DNA from: an uncultured Candidatus Saccharibacteria bacterium
GTDB taxonomy: Bacteria; Patescibacteriota; Minisyncoccia; Phycocordibacterales; WO2-35-19
Length of the DNA: 52,736 bases
Reading direction: 5' to 3'
Assembly: GCA_964440955.1 (NCBI GenBank)
Contig: CAYTTP010000004.1
Coordinates: 1-52,736, forward strand
Shown: positions 17,950 to 27,224 of the stretch, one piece after another
Position numbering within the stretch: the stretch's first letter is position 1
How the letters are laid out: the number at the start of each line of letters is the position of its first letter
The notes under the pieces: generated by a model
Databases searched by the model: none
The model's input: only the letters and a program-made list of their open reading frames with translations
Told to the model about the DNA's origin: nothing
Translations under genes and position numbers: made by a program

Positions 17950-18975
17950 ATGTTGCTAGGAAAAGCCAGTCCGGAAGATATGAGCCTTCACCCACTTCGA
18001 TATAAGTGGGCGTACGACCTTTACAACCAAGCAGTGCGCAACACTTGGTTCCCCCACGAAATCGCCCTTAAAGAAGATTTGGAGGATTTCTCAAAAATGA
18101 CCGAAGATGAGCGCCATGCAGTCAAATTTTTGATGGCCTTTTTCAACCCAGCCGAGCTTATCGTCAACCGTTCGATCGCTCTTGGTATTTACCCTTACCT
18201 CAAGTCGCCAGAGTGCCACATCTACCTCGCTAAACAAATGTGGGAAGAGGCAAACCATTGTGTTGCTTTTGAGTACGTACTTGAAACATTTCCTTTTGAT
18301 CGAGAAAAGATTTTTGACCTGCATCTCCAAGTGCCTTCAATGGTCGCCAAAGAGGCCTATATCAACAAATACATGAAGCGCATGACCGAGGACACTCTCG
18401 ACATTACGACAACAGAGGGCAAAAAAGATTTTGTGCGCAACTTAGTTGCAACCAATATTGTGATGGAGGGTATTTGGTTTTACTCTGGCTTTATGGTCGC
18501 TCTCTCCTTCCGTCAGCGCAACCAACTCCGCAACTTCGGCAGTATGATCAACTGGGTACTCCGTGATGAATCACTGCATCTCAAATTTGGTATGAATCTT
18601 ATCCAAAACATTTTGGAAGAAAATCCAGAACTCTTGACCGAAGACTTTGCCGCCGAGATCCGCGATATTGTGGTTGAGGGAGTCAACTACGAAGTCGCCT
18701 ACAACCGCGACCTCTTTCCAAACGGTATCTTGGGGTTAAACACCGACTATGTAAACCAGTATGTCGAGTATGTCGCCGACCGCAGGCTTGAAGAGTTGGG
18801 CTTGCCAAAATATTATGGCTCAACCAACCCAGCCAAGTGGATGGGTACTGCGACCGATGTGTTTGAACTTGTAAACTTTTTTGAAGCTCAAAACACTTCA
18901 TACGAAGTCGACTCCCACTCCGCTTCAACCAAAAAAGAAGAACCAAAAATACCTGAGGAACCAAAGGGGGAGTAG
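17950..18975 (+). CDS. nrdB: Ribonucleoside-diphosphate reductase beta subunit
   Basis: Di-iron ligand regions EEANHCVAFEY and RDESLHLKFG. Confidence 0.9.
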   Translation: MLLGKASPEDMSLHPLRYKWAYDLYNQAVRNTWFPHEIALKEDLEDFSKMTEDERHAVKFLMAFFNPAELIVNRSIALGIYPYLKSPECHIYLAKQMWEEANHCVAFEYVLETFPFDREKIFDLHLQVPSMVAKEAYINKYMKRMTEDTLDITTTEGKKDFVRNLVATNIVMEGIWFYSGFMVALSFRQRNQLRNFGSMINWVLRDESLHLKFGMNLIQNILEENPELLTEDFAAEIRDIVVEGVNYEVAYNRDLFPNGILGLNTDYVNQYVEYVADRRLEELGLPKYYGSTNPAKWMGTATDVFELVNFFEAQNTSYEVDSHSASTKKEEPKIPEEPKGE

Positions 18976-19035
18976 CCTGCTCGCCAACAAGGTGAGGGAA
19001 GTAGTAAGTAGTAAGTAGAAAGTAGTTAGACTACC

Positions 19036-19064
19036 AAAAAAGCCCATTTTTCAGGGCTTTTTTG
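19036..19064 (+). terminator. Intrinsic terminator after nrdB
   Basis: AAAAAAGCCC-ATTTTTCA-GGGCTTTTTT. Confidence 0.75.
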
Positions 19065-19069
19065 TGCTA

Positions 19070-19098
19070 TTGACTTTTTTATATATATTTTATAAAAT
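19070..19098 (+). promoter_or_regulatory. Sigma70-like promoter TTGACT-N17-TAAAAT for the 19126 orphan
   Basis: TTGACTtttttatatatattttaTAAAAT read directly. Confidence 0.5.
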
Positions 19099-19125
19099 AT
19101 TAGTCAGAAAGGAACCCCCTGAAAG

Positions 19126-19371
19126 ATGGCTTTATCACCAAAAGATATGGAGCTGAGCACAACCGAACTGTATGAAGCAAACAAGTTGGAGAAGGAGATT
19201 GACGGAAAGCTCTCCGAACTCCCCCCACCACGCGGAGAATCAACAATAAAAATCCGTATTGGTCGCTACAAGTTGAGGTTGGTAATGGAGGTGATCGGCC
19301 GTTACACAGCGGTCGGATGGAAAGAGGTCACCTTCGACGATCAGGAGGGAGTACTCACTTTCAAAAATTAA
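19126..19371 (+). CDS. Orphan protein (81 aa)
   Basis: ORF with own promoter, 27-nt leader containing GAAAGGA, and terminator; no family recognised. Confidence 0.5.
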   Translation: MALSPKDMELSTTELYEANKLEKEIDGKLSELPPPRGESTIKIRIGRYKLRLVMEVIGRYTAVGWKEVTFDDQEGVLTFKN

Positions 19372-19430
19372 CACTCGCCTGGTGCCGACGGAAAAACCCG
19401 TCTGGCGACAGGTGGGTTTTTCGTTTATAA
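19372..19430 (+). terminator. 3' UTR plus GNRA-looped intrinsic terminator, copy 1 of a 59-nt repeat
   Basis: AAACCCGTCTG-GCGA-CAGGTGGGTTT followed by TTCGTTT; 50/59 identical (hand alignment) to 20460-20518. Confidence 0.8.
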
Positions 19431-19475
19431 GAATCTAACTATTTAATATGAATTTTTGATATAGTTAATAAATAT

Positions 19476-19985
19476 ATGATCAAAGAATCGCAAGAAAAAT
19501 ATTTGGCTAGTCGTCCTGATGGAAAAGTTGTTATCATAAAACCCTTTGATCCAAAAGTTCAAGAAGTTGCTCAAAATATTTTAAAAACATTAAGGGAAGA
19601 TTTGCCTGATCTCCAAATACACTTTGGGGGCGCTTCCGCATTGGGTATTGCAGGGCAAAACGATATAGACATAAACATTCTTTCAACTCCGGAAGAATAC
19701 GATAAATATTTTCCAATCATTCAGGCGTTATTTGGTGAACCAAGCAAAAAAGGAAGCTCGATAAAGTGGGAATTTATACAAGATGGTTTTGATGTAGATA
19801 TGTATTTGACTGATAAAAATTCTCCAAACCTGCAAGAACAGTTAAAAGTTTTTGAGATCTTGTCACAAAATGAAGATTTGAAAAAAGAATACGAACAAAT
19901 AAAATTGCCTTATGGCGAGATAGATTATAAGAATTATATGAGAAAAAAGTACGAGTTTTTTAATAAGATACTAGGTCTTAAATAA
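19476..19985 (+). CDS. Nucleotidyltransferase-fold protein (GrpB-like)
   Basis: IHFGGASALGIAGQNDIDINIL resembles the GrpB/NTase G-S...D-x-D region; 169 aa. Confidence 0.45.
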   Translation: MIKESQEKYLASRPDGKVVIIKPFDPKVQEVAQNILKTLREDLPDLQIHFGGASALGIAGQNDIDINILSTPEEYDKYFPIIQALFGEPSKKGSSIKWEFIQDGFDVDMYLTDKNSPNLQEQLKVFEILSQNEDLKKEYEQIKLPYGEIDYKNYMRKKYEFFNKILGLK

Positions 19986-20072
19986 GGTAATTACTTTGAG
20001 AGATTAATTTTGCCTACCTATTGACAAAAGTTGTAATTTTATATAAAAAATAGGATAGAAAGGATAGTAATT

Positions 20073-20459
20073 TTGACCAAAACCAACGTAGAGATTCTAC
20101 CAATCATCAGGGGAGTCATACTCGGGACACTCAATGATGGTAGTCCATCCGATACCCCATTCACAGAGGCAGAAGTGAAGCATATCGCATACCTTCTCTC
20201 TGACCCAAAAATGAAGATGGAGGTCTGGATCAAGCGCTTCGTGCAGGAAGGGGGTGATGGGGAATTGTACCAATATGCTGGGATTCGCCGAAAGGACGGC
20301 CGAATACCAGCAGACAAGAAAATACAGCGCATCTACAAAAAGGGCTACATCGAACTCGGATTTCTGCTTCCGCCCGCACAAGCAAACAAGACCTTGTTAG
20401 CCGCGTTTCGCGATGCCGGTTTCGGTGTTGATGCACTAGTCCTCGCCCGCATTGCTTAA
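20073..20459 (+). CDS. Orphan protein (128 aa), TTG start
   Basis: ORF with upstream TTGACA box (20021-20026), AGAAAGGA 8 nt before TTG, terminator copy 2; no family recognised. Confidence 0.45.
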   Translation: MTKTNVEILPIIRGVILGTLNDGSPSDTPFTEAEVKHIAYLLSDPKMKMEVWIKRFVQEGGDGELYQYAGIRRKDGRIPADKKIQRIYKKGYIELGFLLPPAQANKTLLAAFRDAGFGVDALVLARIA

Positions 20460-20518
20460 CACCCACTTGCTGCCAACGAGGAAACCCGTCTGGCGACAGG
20501 CGGGTTTTTCGTTTATAA
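20460..20518 (+). terminator. 3' UTR plus GNRA-looped intrinsic terminator, copy 2 of the 59-nt repeat
   Basis: AAACCCGTCTG-GCGA-CAGGCGGGTTT followed by TTCGTTT; one stem difference turns a G-U pair into G-C. Confidence 0.8.
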
Positions 20519-20525
20519 AAATTTT

Positions 20526-20558
20526 TAAAAAGCGAAACCCCGCAGTGTGAGTGCGGGG
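20526..20558 (-). terminator. Intrinsic terminator of the 20622-20849 gene
   Basis: Minus strand CCCCGCA-CTCACAC-TGCGGGG followed by TTTCGCTTTTT. Confidence 0.65.
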
Positions 20559-20621
20559 TGATATGGGGGGAGCGAGAGTCATTTTTGTTGGTATTCGCCA
20601 AACCAACTTTTGATCTTGGTC

Positions 20622-20849
20622 TCATTTATACCGAAGATAGCGCTTGGCCACCTTAAAAAAGTACAGGCTAGCCACAATGATCGCCAGGATAATTATGAGA
20701 AAACTTAAATACCACGGCAAGGTATTTTTTATTTCTCCATAAAAAACACCACAAACTACGCCCCACGGGAACATGAAGACCAAGGACTTGATCGGATTGG
20801 CCTTAAAAGTCTTTACCGCGGTTTTGACCAAAGAACTCACTTTCTTCAC
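20622..20849 (-). CDS. Small membrane protein (75 aa, two predicted TM segments), GTG start
   Basis: AGGAGGA 7 nt before GTG; hydrophobic stretches LVFMFPWGVVCGVFYG and WYLSFLIIILAIIVASLYFF. Confidence 0.55.
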   Translation of the reverse strand: MKKVSSLVKTAVKTFKANPIKSLVFMFPWGVVCGVFYGEIKNTLPWYLSFLIIILAIIVASLYFFKVAKRYLRYK

Positions 20850-20935
20850 TTCAGGATCCTCCTATTTATAGTATTACTATTTCATACCCAAAATTTCAAC
20901 ATTAACCGACTCTAGCTTTGGACATACACAGAACC

Positions 20936-20949
20936 GCTACGATCGTAGC
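20936..20949. promoter_or_regulatory. Perfect 14-bp palindrome GCTACGATCGTAGC upstream of the gap promoter (candidate operator)
   Basis: Self-complementary 14-mer about 33 nt upstream of the -10 box. Confidence 0.3.
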
Positions 20950-20978
20950 AACTTATAAACACCTCAACATTTTTACTT

Positions 20979-20987
20979 TGCTATAAT
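20979..20987 (+). promoter_or_regulatory. Extended -10 box TGcTATAAT, 6 nt before the gap ATG (candidate leaderless promoter)
   Basis: TGCTATAAT-TGAGAA-ATG. Confidence 0.55.
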
Positions 20988-20993
20988 TGAGAA

Positions 20994-22028
20994 ATGGAAA
21001 ATAAAATCAAAGTAGCAATCAATGGAGCAGGGAGGATAGGCAGAGCATTTTTGAAGTTGTCACAAGCGCACCCCAATATAGAGGTTGTCGCAATAAATGA
21101 TTTGGGCGATATCGAAAATATCGCTTACCTTTTGAAATACGACACCGCTTATGGTGGAGCACAGGTTCCTATTTCAGTAAATGAAGCGAAGAATGCAATC
21201 GTGGTAAATGGCAAGGAAATAAAATTTTTGAGTGAGAAAGATCCGGCACTTTTGCCATGGAAAGATTTAAATATTGATGTGGTAGTCGAATCGAGCGGAG
21301 CGTTTACAAGCTTTGAAAAAGCAAAAGCTCACATTACCGCAGGTGCAAAAAAGGTAGTAATAACCGCTCCAGCAAAAGATGCGCCAATAGACGAGACTCA
21401 AGCAACTATTTTGATGGGTATAAATGACGACAAGCTTTCAACCTGCCAAATTTCTTCAAACGCTTCTTGTACGACCAATGCTGGCGCGCCACTCATCCAA
21501 ATATTGAACGAAAGCATAGGTATCGAAAAAGCAGTTTTAAATACTGTGCATGGTTATACCGCAAGCCAGAGTATTGTCGATGGACCAAACAAAAAAGATT
21601 GGAAGGAGGGGCGGGCGGCGGCTCAAAATATTGTCCCAACGACGACTGGTGCGGCAATCGCGGTGACCAAAGTTATTCCCTCGCTCGAAAATAAGTTTGA
21701 CGGAATTTCGATGCGCGTACCTATCGTTGCCGGCTCCATTGTTGACGTCACCTTTATCGCCAAACGCGACACCAGTGTAGAAGAAATAAATACCCTACTC
21801 ATCAAAGCAGCAAGCGAAGAGCGTTGGGCGGGGATCTTCACAGTGACAAACGATCCTATAGTTTCCTCCGATATTATAGGTTCAAATTTTGGTTCAATCG
21901 CTGACTTGGGGCTTACCCGCGTGATCGCAGGCAATTTGGTCAAGGTTTGTGCTTGGTACGACAACGAAATGGGGTATACAAGCACATTGTTAAAACACGT
22001 CCTTAAAATGGGAGGTGTTCAAAATTAG
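20994..22028 (+). CDS. gap: Glyceraldehyde-3-phosphate dehydrogenase
   Basis: KVAINGAGRIGR, SNASCTTN active site, WYDNEMGY. Confidence 0.95.
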   Translation: MENKIKVAINGAGRIGRAFLKLSQAHPNIEVVAINDLGDIENIAYLLKYDTAYGGAQVPISVNEAKNAIVVNGKEIKFLSEKDPALLPWKDLNIDVVVESSGAFTSFEKAKAHITAGAKKVVITAPAKDAPIDETQATILMGINDDKLSTCQISSNASCTTNAGAPLIQILNESIGIEKAVLNTVHGYTASQSIVDGPNKKDWKEGRAAAQNIVPTTTGAAIAVTKVIPSLENKFDGISMRVPIVAGSIVDVTFIAKRDTSVEEINTLLIKAASEERWAGIFTVTNDPIVSSDIIGSNFGSIADLGLTRVIAGNLVKVCAWYDNEMGYTSTLLKHVLKMGGVQN

Positions 22029-22036
22029 AATATTTT

Positions 22037-22477
22037 ATGACTATCTATTTTGCCTCAGATCATGCCGGATTTGAACTAAAGAACACTCTTTTGCAGTTTG
22101 TGAGTGAAATGGGTTTTGAGGTGGTTGATTGTGGTGCATTTTCCTACGACCCTACCGACGACTACCCAGAGTTTATTAAAAAAGCTGCCAAAGCTGTTTC
22201 GGAAGATCCCAAAAATTCAAAAGCAATAATCTTGGGGGGCTCGGGACAGGGTGAAGACATGGTTGCTGACAAATTTCCTCATGTCCGGAGTGCCGAATAC
22301 TATGGCGGTAATTTGGAAATAATAAAACTGTCACGCGAACACAACGATGCAAATATCCTTTCGATCGGCGCTCGTTTTTTGAATGAAGCAGAAGCAAAGG
22401 AAGCGGTAGAGCTTTGGTTAAAGACCGATTTCTCTGGCGAAGAAAGACATGAAAGAAGAATTAACGAAATAGAATAA
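22037..22477 (+). CDS. rpiB: Ribose-5-phosphate isomerase B
   Basis: MTIYFASDHAGFELKN..., ILGGSGQGEDMVADKF. Confidence 0.85.
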   Translation: MTIYFASDHAGFELKNTLLQFVSEMGFEVVDCGAFSYDPTDDYPEFIKKAAKAVSEDPKNSKAIILGGSGQGEDMVADKFPHVRSAEYYGGNLEIIKLSREHNDANILSIGARFLNEAEAKEAVELWLKTDFSGEERHERRINEIE

Positions 22478-22488
22478 TTAGATCAAAC

Positions 22489-23160
22489 ATGATCGAAATC
22501 ATCCCATCACTCCTTCCACAAAATCTCCACCATGTCGAAGAGCAATTTGGGCGAATACTTGGCTTGGTCAAAAAAGTACAAGTTGACATCGTGGATGGCG
22601 AGTATGCTCCAAACAAAACCTGGCCATTCAATGTCAAAGACAATGACGATATTTTGAATATGGTGCGCGGTGAAGCTTCGTTTCCCCATATCAATTCTTT
22701 TTTGATGGAGCTCGATATGCTCATCCTTCACCCTATCGAATACATACCCGACTTTCTCTCAGTCGGCTTCAAGAGTTTTGTCATCCATATCGACTCGACT
22801 GATCATGTAAAAGAATGTATCAAAACGATCAAAAATGCAGGGTGCAAAGTTGGTCTTGGTATCAAACCAAAAATACCCACAACCGAACTTGAACCCTACA
22901 TCACAGAAATTGATTTTGTGCAGTTTATGGGTAACGACCAAGTTGGCCGAAGTGGGATTGAGCTTGATCAAAATGTTGCAGACAAAATTGCCGAATTTAA
23001 AAAACATCACCCCTCGTTCGATATTCAGATTGACATCGGCGTCAATTTTGAAACCGCACCACTACTTGCTCATGCGGGCGCGACTGCTCTTATTTCCAAT
23101 TCCACAATTTTTAACTCTAAAGATCCAAAAGAAGTTATAATGAAGTTACAGAAGTCATAA
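22489..23160 (+). CDS. rpe: Ribulose-phosphate 3-epimerase-like TIM-barrel protein
   Basis: IIPSLLP...VQVDIVDGEYAPN, HIDS, GLGIKP, IQIDIGVN; divergent from canonical Rpe. Confidence 0.6.
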   Translation: MIEIIPSLLPQNLHHVEEQFGRILGLVKKVQVDIVDGEYAPNKTWPFNVKDNDDILNMVRGEASFPHINSFLMELDMLILHPIEYIPDFLSVGFKSFVIHIDSTDHVKECIKTIKNAGCKVGLGIKPKIPTTELEPYITEIDFVQFMGNDQVGRSGIELDQNVADKIAEFKKHHPSFDIQIDIGVNFETAPLLAHAGATALISNSTIFNSKDPKEVIMKLQKS

Positions 23161-23209
23161 TTTTCTAATCCCGCCTCCTTGGCGGACAAACTTCAATATT
23201 TAATTTGCC

Positions 23210-24079
23210 ATGTTTGAACTTACTGATGAAAAAGTTATACGTCTTGAAATAAAGGCTAACGAAATTCGTCAGTCAATAATCGAGATGCTCATTGAAGCGG
23301 GGAGTGGTCACTCGGCAGGACCTCTTGGTATGACCGAGATCTTTACTTCCCTCTATTTTCATATTTTAAGGCATGACCCAACAAACCCACAGTGGGCAGA
23401 GCGTGACCGACTGATCCTCTCAAACGGTCATGTAGCACCAGTGCTCTACGCTACAATGGCACATGCAGGCTACCTACCGATTGATGAATTAAAAACCCTT
23501 CGAAAATTTGGCTCACGATTGCAGGGACATCCTCACCGCGAATTTTTGAAATCGCTCGAAACAAGTTCGGGTCCATTGGGTAGCGGGCTATCACAAGCAG
23601 TAGGAATGGCGCTCGCTGATAGAATGGATAATGGTCAATCTTCCGGTAAACAATTTTATTGTCTTATAAGCGACGGTGAACTTGGTGAAGGTAATACTTG
23701 GGAAGGAGTGATGCTTGGTGCAAAAGAAAAGCTACAAAATTTGACTGTCATAATTGACCGCAACAACATCCAGATCGAAGGATACACCGAAGACGTACTC
23801 CCTCTTGAGCCACTTCGCCAAAAATGGGAAGCATTTAACTGGCACACCCAAGTGATAAACGGAAATAGCTTCGACCAAATAATCGAAGCGGTTGGCGAAG
23901 CCCAGGCCGTATTTGACCGACCATCAGTCATTATTGCGAACACAATACCAGGCAAAGGAGTTTCCTTTATGGAACGAAAATTCGAATGGCATGGCAAACC
24001 ACCAAAGGGAGAGGAGGGTGTCGCGGCACTTAAAGAGTTGCGTACCCTAGCTGGTAAAATAAAAAGTGAACATGAATAA
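23210..24079 (+). CDS. tkt: Transketolase, N-terminal (TPP-binding) subunit
   Basis: GSGHSAGPLGMTEI, SNGHVAPVLYA, GSLGSGLSQAVGMA, SDGELGEGNTWE. Confidence 0.9.
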   Translation: MFELTDEKVIRLEIKANEIRQSIIEMLIEAGSGHSAGPLGMTEIFTSLYFHILRHDPTNPQWAERDRLILSNGHVAPVLYATMAHAGYLPIDELKTLRKFGSRLQGHPHREFLKSLETSSGPLGSGLSQAVGMALADRMDNGQSSGKQFYCLISDGELGEGNTWEGVMLGAKEKLQNLTVIIDRNNIQIEGYTEDVLPLEPLRQKWEAFNWHTQVINGNSFDQIIEAVGEAQAVFDRPSVIIANTIPGKGVSFMERKFEWHGKPPKGEEGVAALKELRTLAGKIKSEHE

Positions 24080-24080
24080 A

Positions 24081-24143
24081 ATGAAGCATGGATCAAGGAT
24101 TATGGTTTTAAGACATAATTCATTATTCATGTCATGATTCAAG
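24081..24143. repeat. AT-rich ATGAAT/ATTCAT inverted repeat between the two transketolase halves
   Basis: ATGAAGCATGGATCAAGGATTATGG ... CATAATTCATTATTCATGTCATGATTCAAG. Confidence 0.5.
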
Positions 24144-24154
24144 AATAAAAAATA

Positions 24155-25144
24155 ATGTTAAATAACAAACTAAAACTTAATACAAAACTCTTCGATACAG
24201 ATGTCGAACAAGTGCCAATTCGTAAAGGTTTTGGTGAAGGCTTACTCCTAGCCGGAGAGGCAGATAAAAACGTAGTCGGGTTATGTGCTGACCTTACCGA
24301 ATCAACCCAAATGCATCTCTTTGCCAAAAAATTTCCAGAACGATTTATCCAAGTGGGAGTAGCTGAACAAAACCTTGTGACGGTAGCTTCAGGCTTGGCC
24401 TCAATGGGGAAAATACCATTTACTTCCTCCTACGCTATGTTTAGCCCAGGTCGAAACTGGGAACAAATACGCACCACAATTTGCTACAATGACGTACCGG
24501 TCAAGATAGTTGGTTCTCACGCTGGTATTTCAGTAGGCCCTGACGGTGGTACTCACCAAGCGATCGAGGACATTGCTCTTATGCGTGTCCTTCCCAATAT
24601 GGTAGTACTCTCGCCGTGTGATGCGATTGAAGCTAAAAAGGCGACTTTAGCGTCCGCAAATAACAGCAAGCCAACATACCTTCGCCTCATCCGCGAAAAA
24701 ACTCCTATTATAACTACCGAAGAAACTCCTTTTGAAATAGGTAAGGCTCAAATATTTTTTGCACCACCTATGAATGCAAAAGTGGGTATCGTTGCAACCG
24801 GTGCACTTGTGCACAAGGCGATTGTCGCTGCTCAAAATTTTGCTGAAAAAGGGGTACCAGTGAAAGTTTTAAATATTTCAACTATCAAGCCTATTGACTC
24901 GGAAGCAATAATCGCACTTGCTAAAGAAGCAGGTAAAATAGTCACTGTCGAAGAACATCAAATAGCTGGTGGTCTAGGAAGTGCTGTTGCTGAAGTTTTA
25001 GCTCAAAATCACCCAGTGCCAATTGAGTTTATCGGTGTCAAAAATCGCTTTGGCCAGTCAGGCACACCTGAAGAACTTATTGAGCATTATGAAATGGGTG
25101 TGTCACATATTGAAAGTGCAGTTGAAAGAGTATTAGAAAGATAG
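24155..25144 (+). CDS. tkt: Transketolase, C-terminal (pyrimidine-binding) subunit
   Basis: RKGFGEGL, VGVAEQNLV, GSHAGISVGPDGGTHQAIEDIALMR. Confidence 0.9.
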   Translation: MLNNKLKLNTKLFDTDVEQVPIRKGFGEGLLLAGEADKNVVGLCADLTESTQMHLFAKKFPERFIQVGVAEQNLVTVASGLASMGKIPFTSSYAMFSPGRNWEQIRTTICYNDVPVKIVGSHAGISVGPDGGTHQAIEDIALMRVLPNMVVLSPCDAIEAKKATLASANNSKPTYLRLIREKTPIITTEETPFEIGKAQIFFAPPMNAKVGIVATGALVHKAIVAAQNFAEKGVPVKVLNISTIKPIDSEAIIALAKEAGKIVTVEEHQIAGGLGSAVAEVLAQNHPVPIEFIGVKNRFGQSGTPEELIEHYEMGVSHIESAVERVLER

Positions 25145-25245
25145 AGCTTTAATCCACAATTTCTACTTCCCATAAAATACCCAAAAATGCTAAATTAAAT
25201 TTAGCAGTATGCTTGTTTAAGCAGAAAGAGGGGTGATCCAGCTAT

Positions 25246-25285
25246 AACGGCCGTGTTGAGAGTTTCTCCACGGCCGTTCGCATTT
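25246..25285. terminator. Hairpin between convergent tkt and pfkB-family genes (bidirectional terminator candidate)
   Basis: AACGGCCGTG (25246-25255) pairs with CACGGCCGTT (25269-25278). Confidence 0.6.
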
Positions 25286-25287
25286 TA

Positions 25288-26298
25288 TTACATTATCTTC
25301 TCTGGTTTATAACTCTCCGGAGCTTTGGCCAAATAAGCAAGAATCTCAGACTGAGTAAGCAAACCTTTTTGAGCACCAACTTGTTGAACGACCGACATTG
25401 AGTTTACCGGTGCCCACAAAAACGCATCAAAGAGTGAGCGACCGAGAGCGACAGCGGAAGTAAAGGTTGAGGCAAAAGCGTCACCCGCACCGGTGCGTTC
25501 ATAAGGAGGCTTAACATCAGGATAGGGTGGCATGAAAAAACCTTCATGACCATCAAAAGCATAGGCTCCTCTGGGCCCATCGGTAATCACGATCACATTT
25601 GGACCTTCACCACGCATCGCTCGAAGAAGATTTTTAACATCTTGCTCGTCAGGCTTGTTCAAAATCTTGCGTGCCTCATCTACATTGCAAAAAAATATAT
25701 CGGAGCGAGCATACAAATCACCAAGCAATTCTGAACCCATTCGCATTTGAAAAGTACCAGGTTGAAAAGCCATTTTTATATCCGGATGCGTTTTTAAATA
25801 TTCAGCAATCTGCTTATGATACTCAATCGAATTTTCAGAAAGAGAAGATAGGTATAACCACTTTGGATTGCCAATATCAGGTAGGTTGTAAGTAAAGTTT
25901 TCATGCTTGATCAAAATAGTACGCTCTTCTTCAAACCATAAAACATAATGGTAATTTGTCGTCTTGTCTTTTTCCATTGTAACAAAACGCGAATCAATGC
26001 CGTTTTTCCGCAAAGTAGCAATGACTTCGTGGCCTTGATGGTCGTCGCCAACATTTGAAACCAAAGCCGTAGAGAGACCCAAGCGTGCGGCCGAAGTGGC
26101 GGCATTTGCACTGTTGCCAACCGCTTTCACCTCCTCAACAAATTCATAAGGCACTTTGTCACCAAAGCGGAGCGCGAGTTCGCATTTTTTGCCGTCAACA
26201 TCGCAATGTACCTTAGCGTCTTTAATACGAATAAAAGCATCATTGACGACATCGCCAATAGCTAAAAAGTCGAAATCTTTATCATGATGAAGAAACAT
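25288..26298 (-). CDS. PfkB-family carbohydrate/nucleoside kinase
   Basis: C-terminal TGAGDAFASTF motif, GNSANAA region, 336 aa. Confidence 0.8.
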   Translation of the reverse strand: MFLHHDKDFDFLAIGDVVNDAFIRIKDAKVHCDVDGKKCELALRFGDKVPYEFVEEVKAVGNSANAATSAARLGLSTALVSNVGDDHQGHEVIATLRKNGIDSRFVTMEKDKTTNYHYVLWFEEERTILIKHENFTYNLPDIGNPKWLYLSSLSENSIEYHKQIAEYLKTHPDIKMAFQPGTFQMRMGSELLGDLYARSDIFFCNVDEARKILNKPDEQDVKNLLRAMRGEGPNVIVITDGPRGAYAFDGHEGFFMPPYPDVKPPYERTGAGDAFASTFTSAVALGRSLFDAFLWAPVNSMSVVQQVGAQKGLLTQSEILAYLAKAPESYKPEKIM

Positions 26299-26347
26299 AA
26301 CTTATAAAATATTATACACTTCATCCGATTTTTCGCTCAAGAAAACA

Positions 26348-26356
26348 TGCTACAAT
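26348..26356 (+). promoter_or_regulatory. Extended -10 box TGcTACAAT, 6 nt before the fba ATG (candidate leaderless promoter)
   Basis: TGCTACAAT-GTGGAT-ATG. Confidence 0.55.
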
Positions 26357-26362
26357 GTGGAT

Positions 26363-27223
26363 ATGAAAACCTTGCGAGAATACATCCAAGAAGCAGAGGA
26401 GAGGAAAGTGGCGATTGGACATTTTAATATTTCAAATATTGATGGATTTTGGGCAACAGTCAACGCTTCCAAAAATCTAGACGTACCAGTCATAATTGGA
26501 GTCTCTGAGGGTGAGCGCGATTTTATTGGTGTAAAGCAGGTCAAAAAGTTGGTCGAGAGTGTACAGCAAGAAGGCTTACCTATTTTTTTGAATGCCGACC
26601 ACACCTTCAGTCTTGAACGCGTCAAAGAGGTGGTGGAAGCTGATTTTGATGCCGTCATCATAGATGCTGCCGAAAAATCTTTCGAAGAAAATGTAGCAAT
26701 AACGAAGGAAGTGGTTGCTCATGTAAGACACGCAAACCGTAGAATGCTAGTCGAAGCTGAACTTGGATTCATTGGTAAGTCATCAAAAATACTCGATGAA
26801 GTGCCGCAAGGCGCCCTCACCTCAGAAACCATACTCACCAAGCCGGAGCAGGCAAAAGAATTTGTCGAAGCGACCCGAGTCGACCTTTTTGCTCCGGCAG
26901 TCGGCAACATCCATGGCATGGTAAAAAGCGGCAACCCCAAACTCAATATTGGACGCATCCGTGAAATAAAGGAGGCGGTCGGAGTACCACTCGTCCTCCA
27001 TGGTGGCTCTGGTATTACTGACGAGGAGTTTAGAAATGCTATAAATGCTGGTATTTCAATAATCCACATCAATACCGAATTGCGGGTTGCCTATAAAGAA
27101 GGTTTGCAGGACTACCTTTCCGAACATGAAGACGAAATAGCCCCATATAAGTACTTAGCCGCCGGCAAAGCCGCGATGCAAAAACAAATCGAATCAAGAC
27201 TTTCTCTCTTTGCTGGTTTATAA
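26363..27223 (+). CDS. fba: Class II fructose-bisphosphate aldolase
   Basis: VAIGHFNISN, FLNADHT, LHGGSG; start set to ATG 26363. Confidence 0.85.
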   Translation: MKTLREYIQEAEERKVAIGHFNISNIDGFWATVNASKNLDVPVIIGVSEGERDFIGVKQVKKLVESVQQEGLPIFLNADHTFSLERVKEVVEADFDAVIIDAAEKSFEENVAITKEVVAHVRHANRRMLVEAELGFIGKSSKILDEVPQGALTSETILTKPEQAKEFVEATRVDLFAPAVGNIHGMVKSGNPKLNIGRIREIKEAVGVPLVLHGGSGITDEEFRNAINAGISIIHINTELRVAYKEGLQDYLSEHEDEIAPYKYLAAGKAAMQKQIESRLSLFAGL

Positions 27224-27224
27224 A

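Noticed and set aside
19000-19030. The GAAGTAGAAAGTAGTTAG-like motif shared by 1108-1125, 19013-19030 and 30013-30033
   Set aside because: It is a short purine-rich, low-complexity string at or near three gene ends (twice encoding ...EVES-stop). It is too short and simple to separate from chance or codon-usage effects without genome-wide counts.
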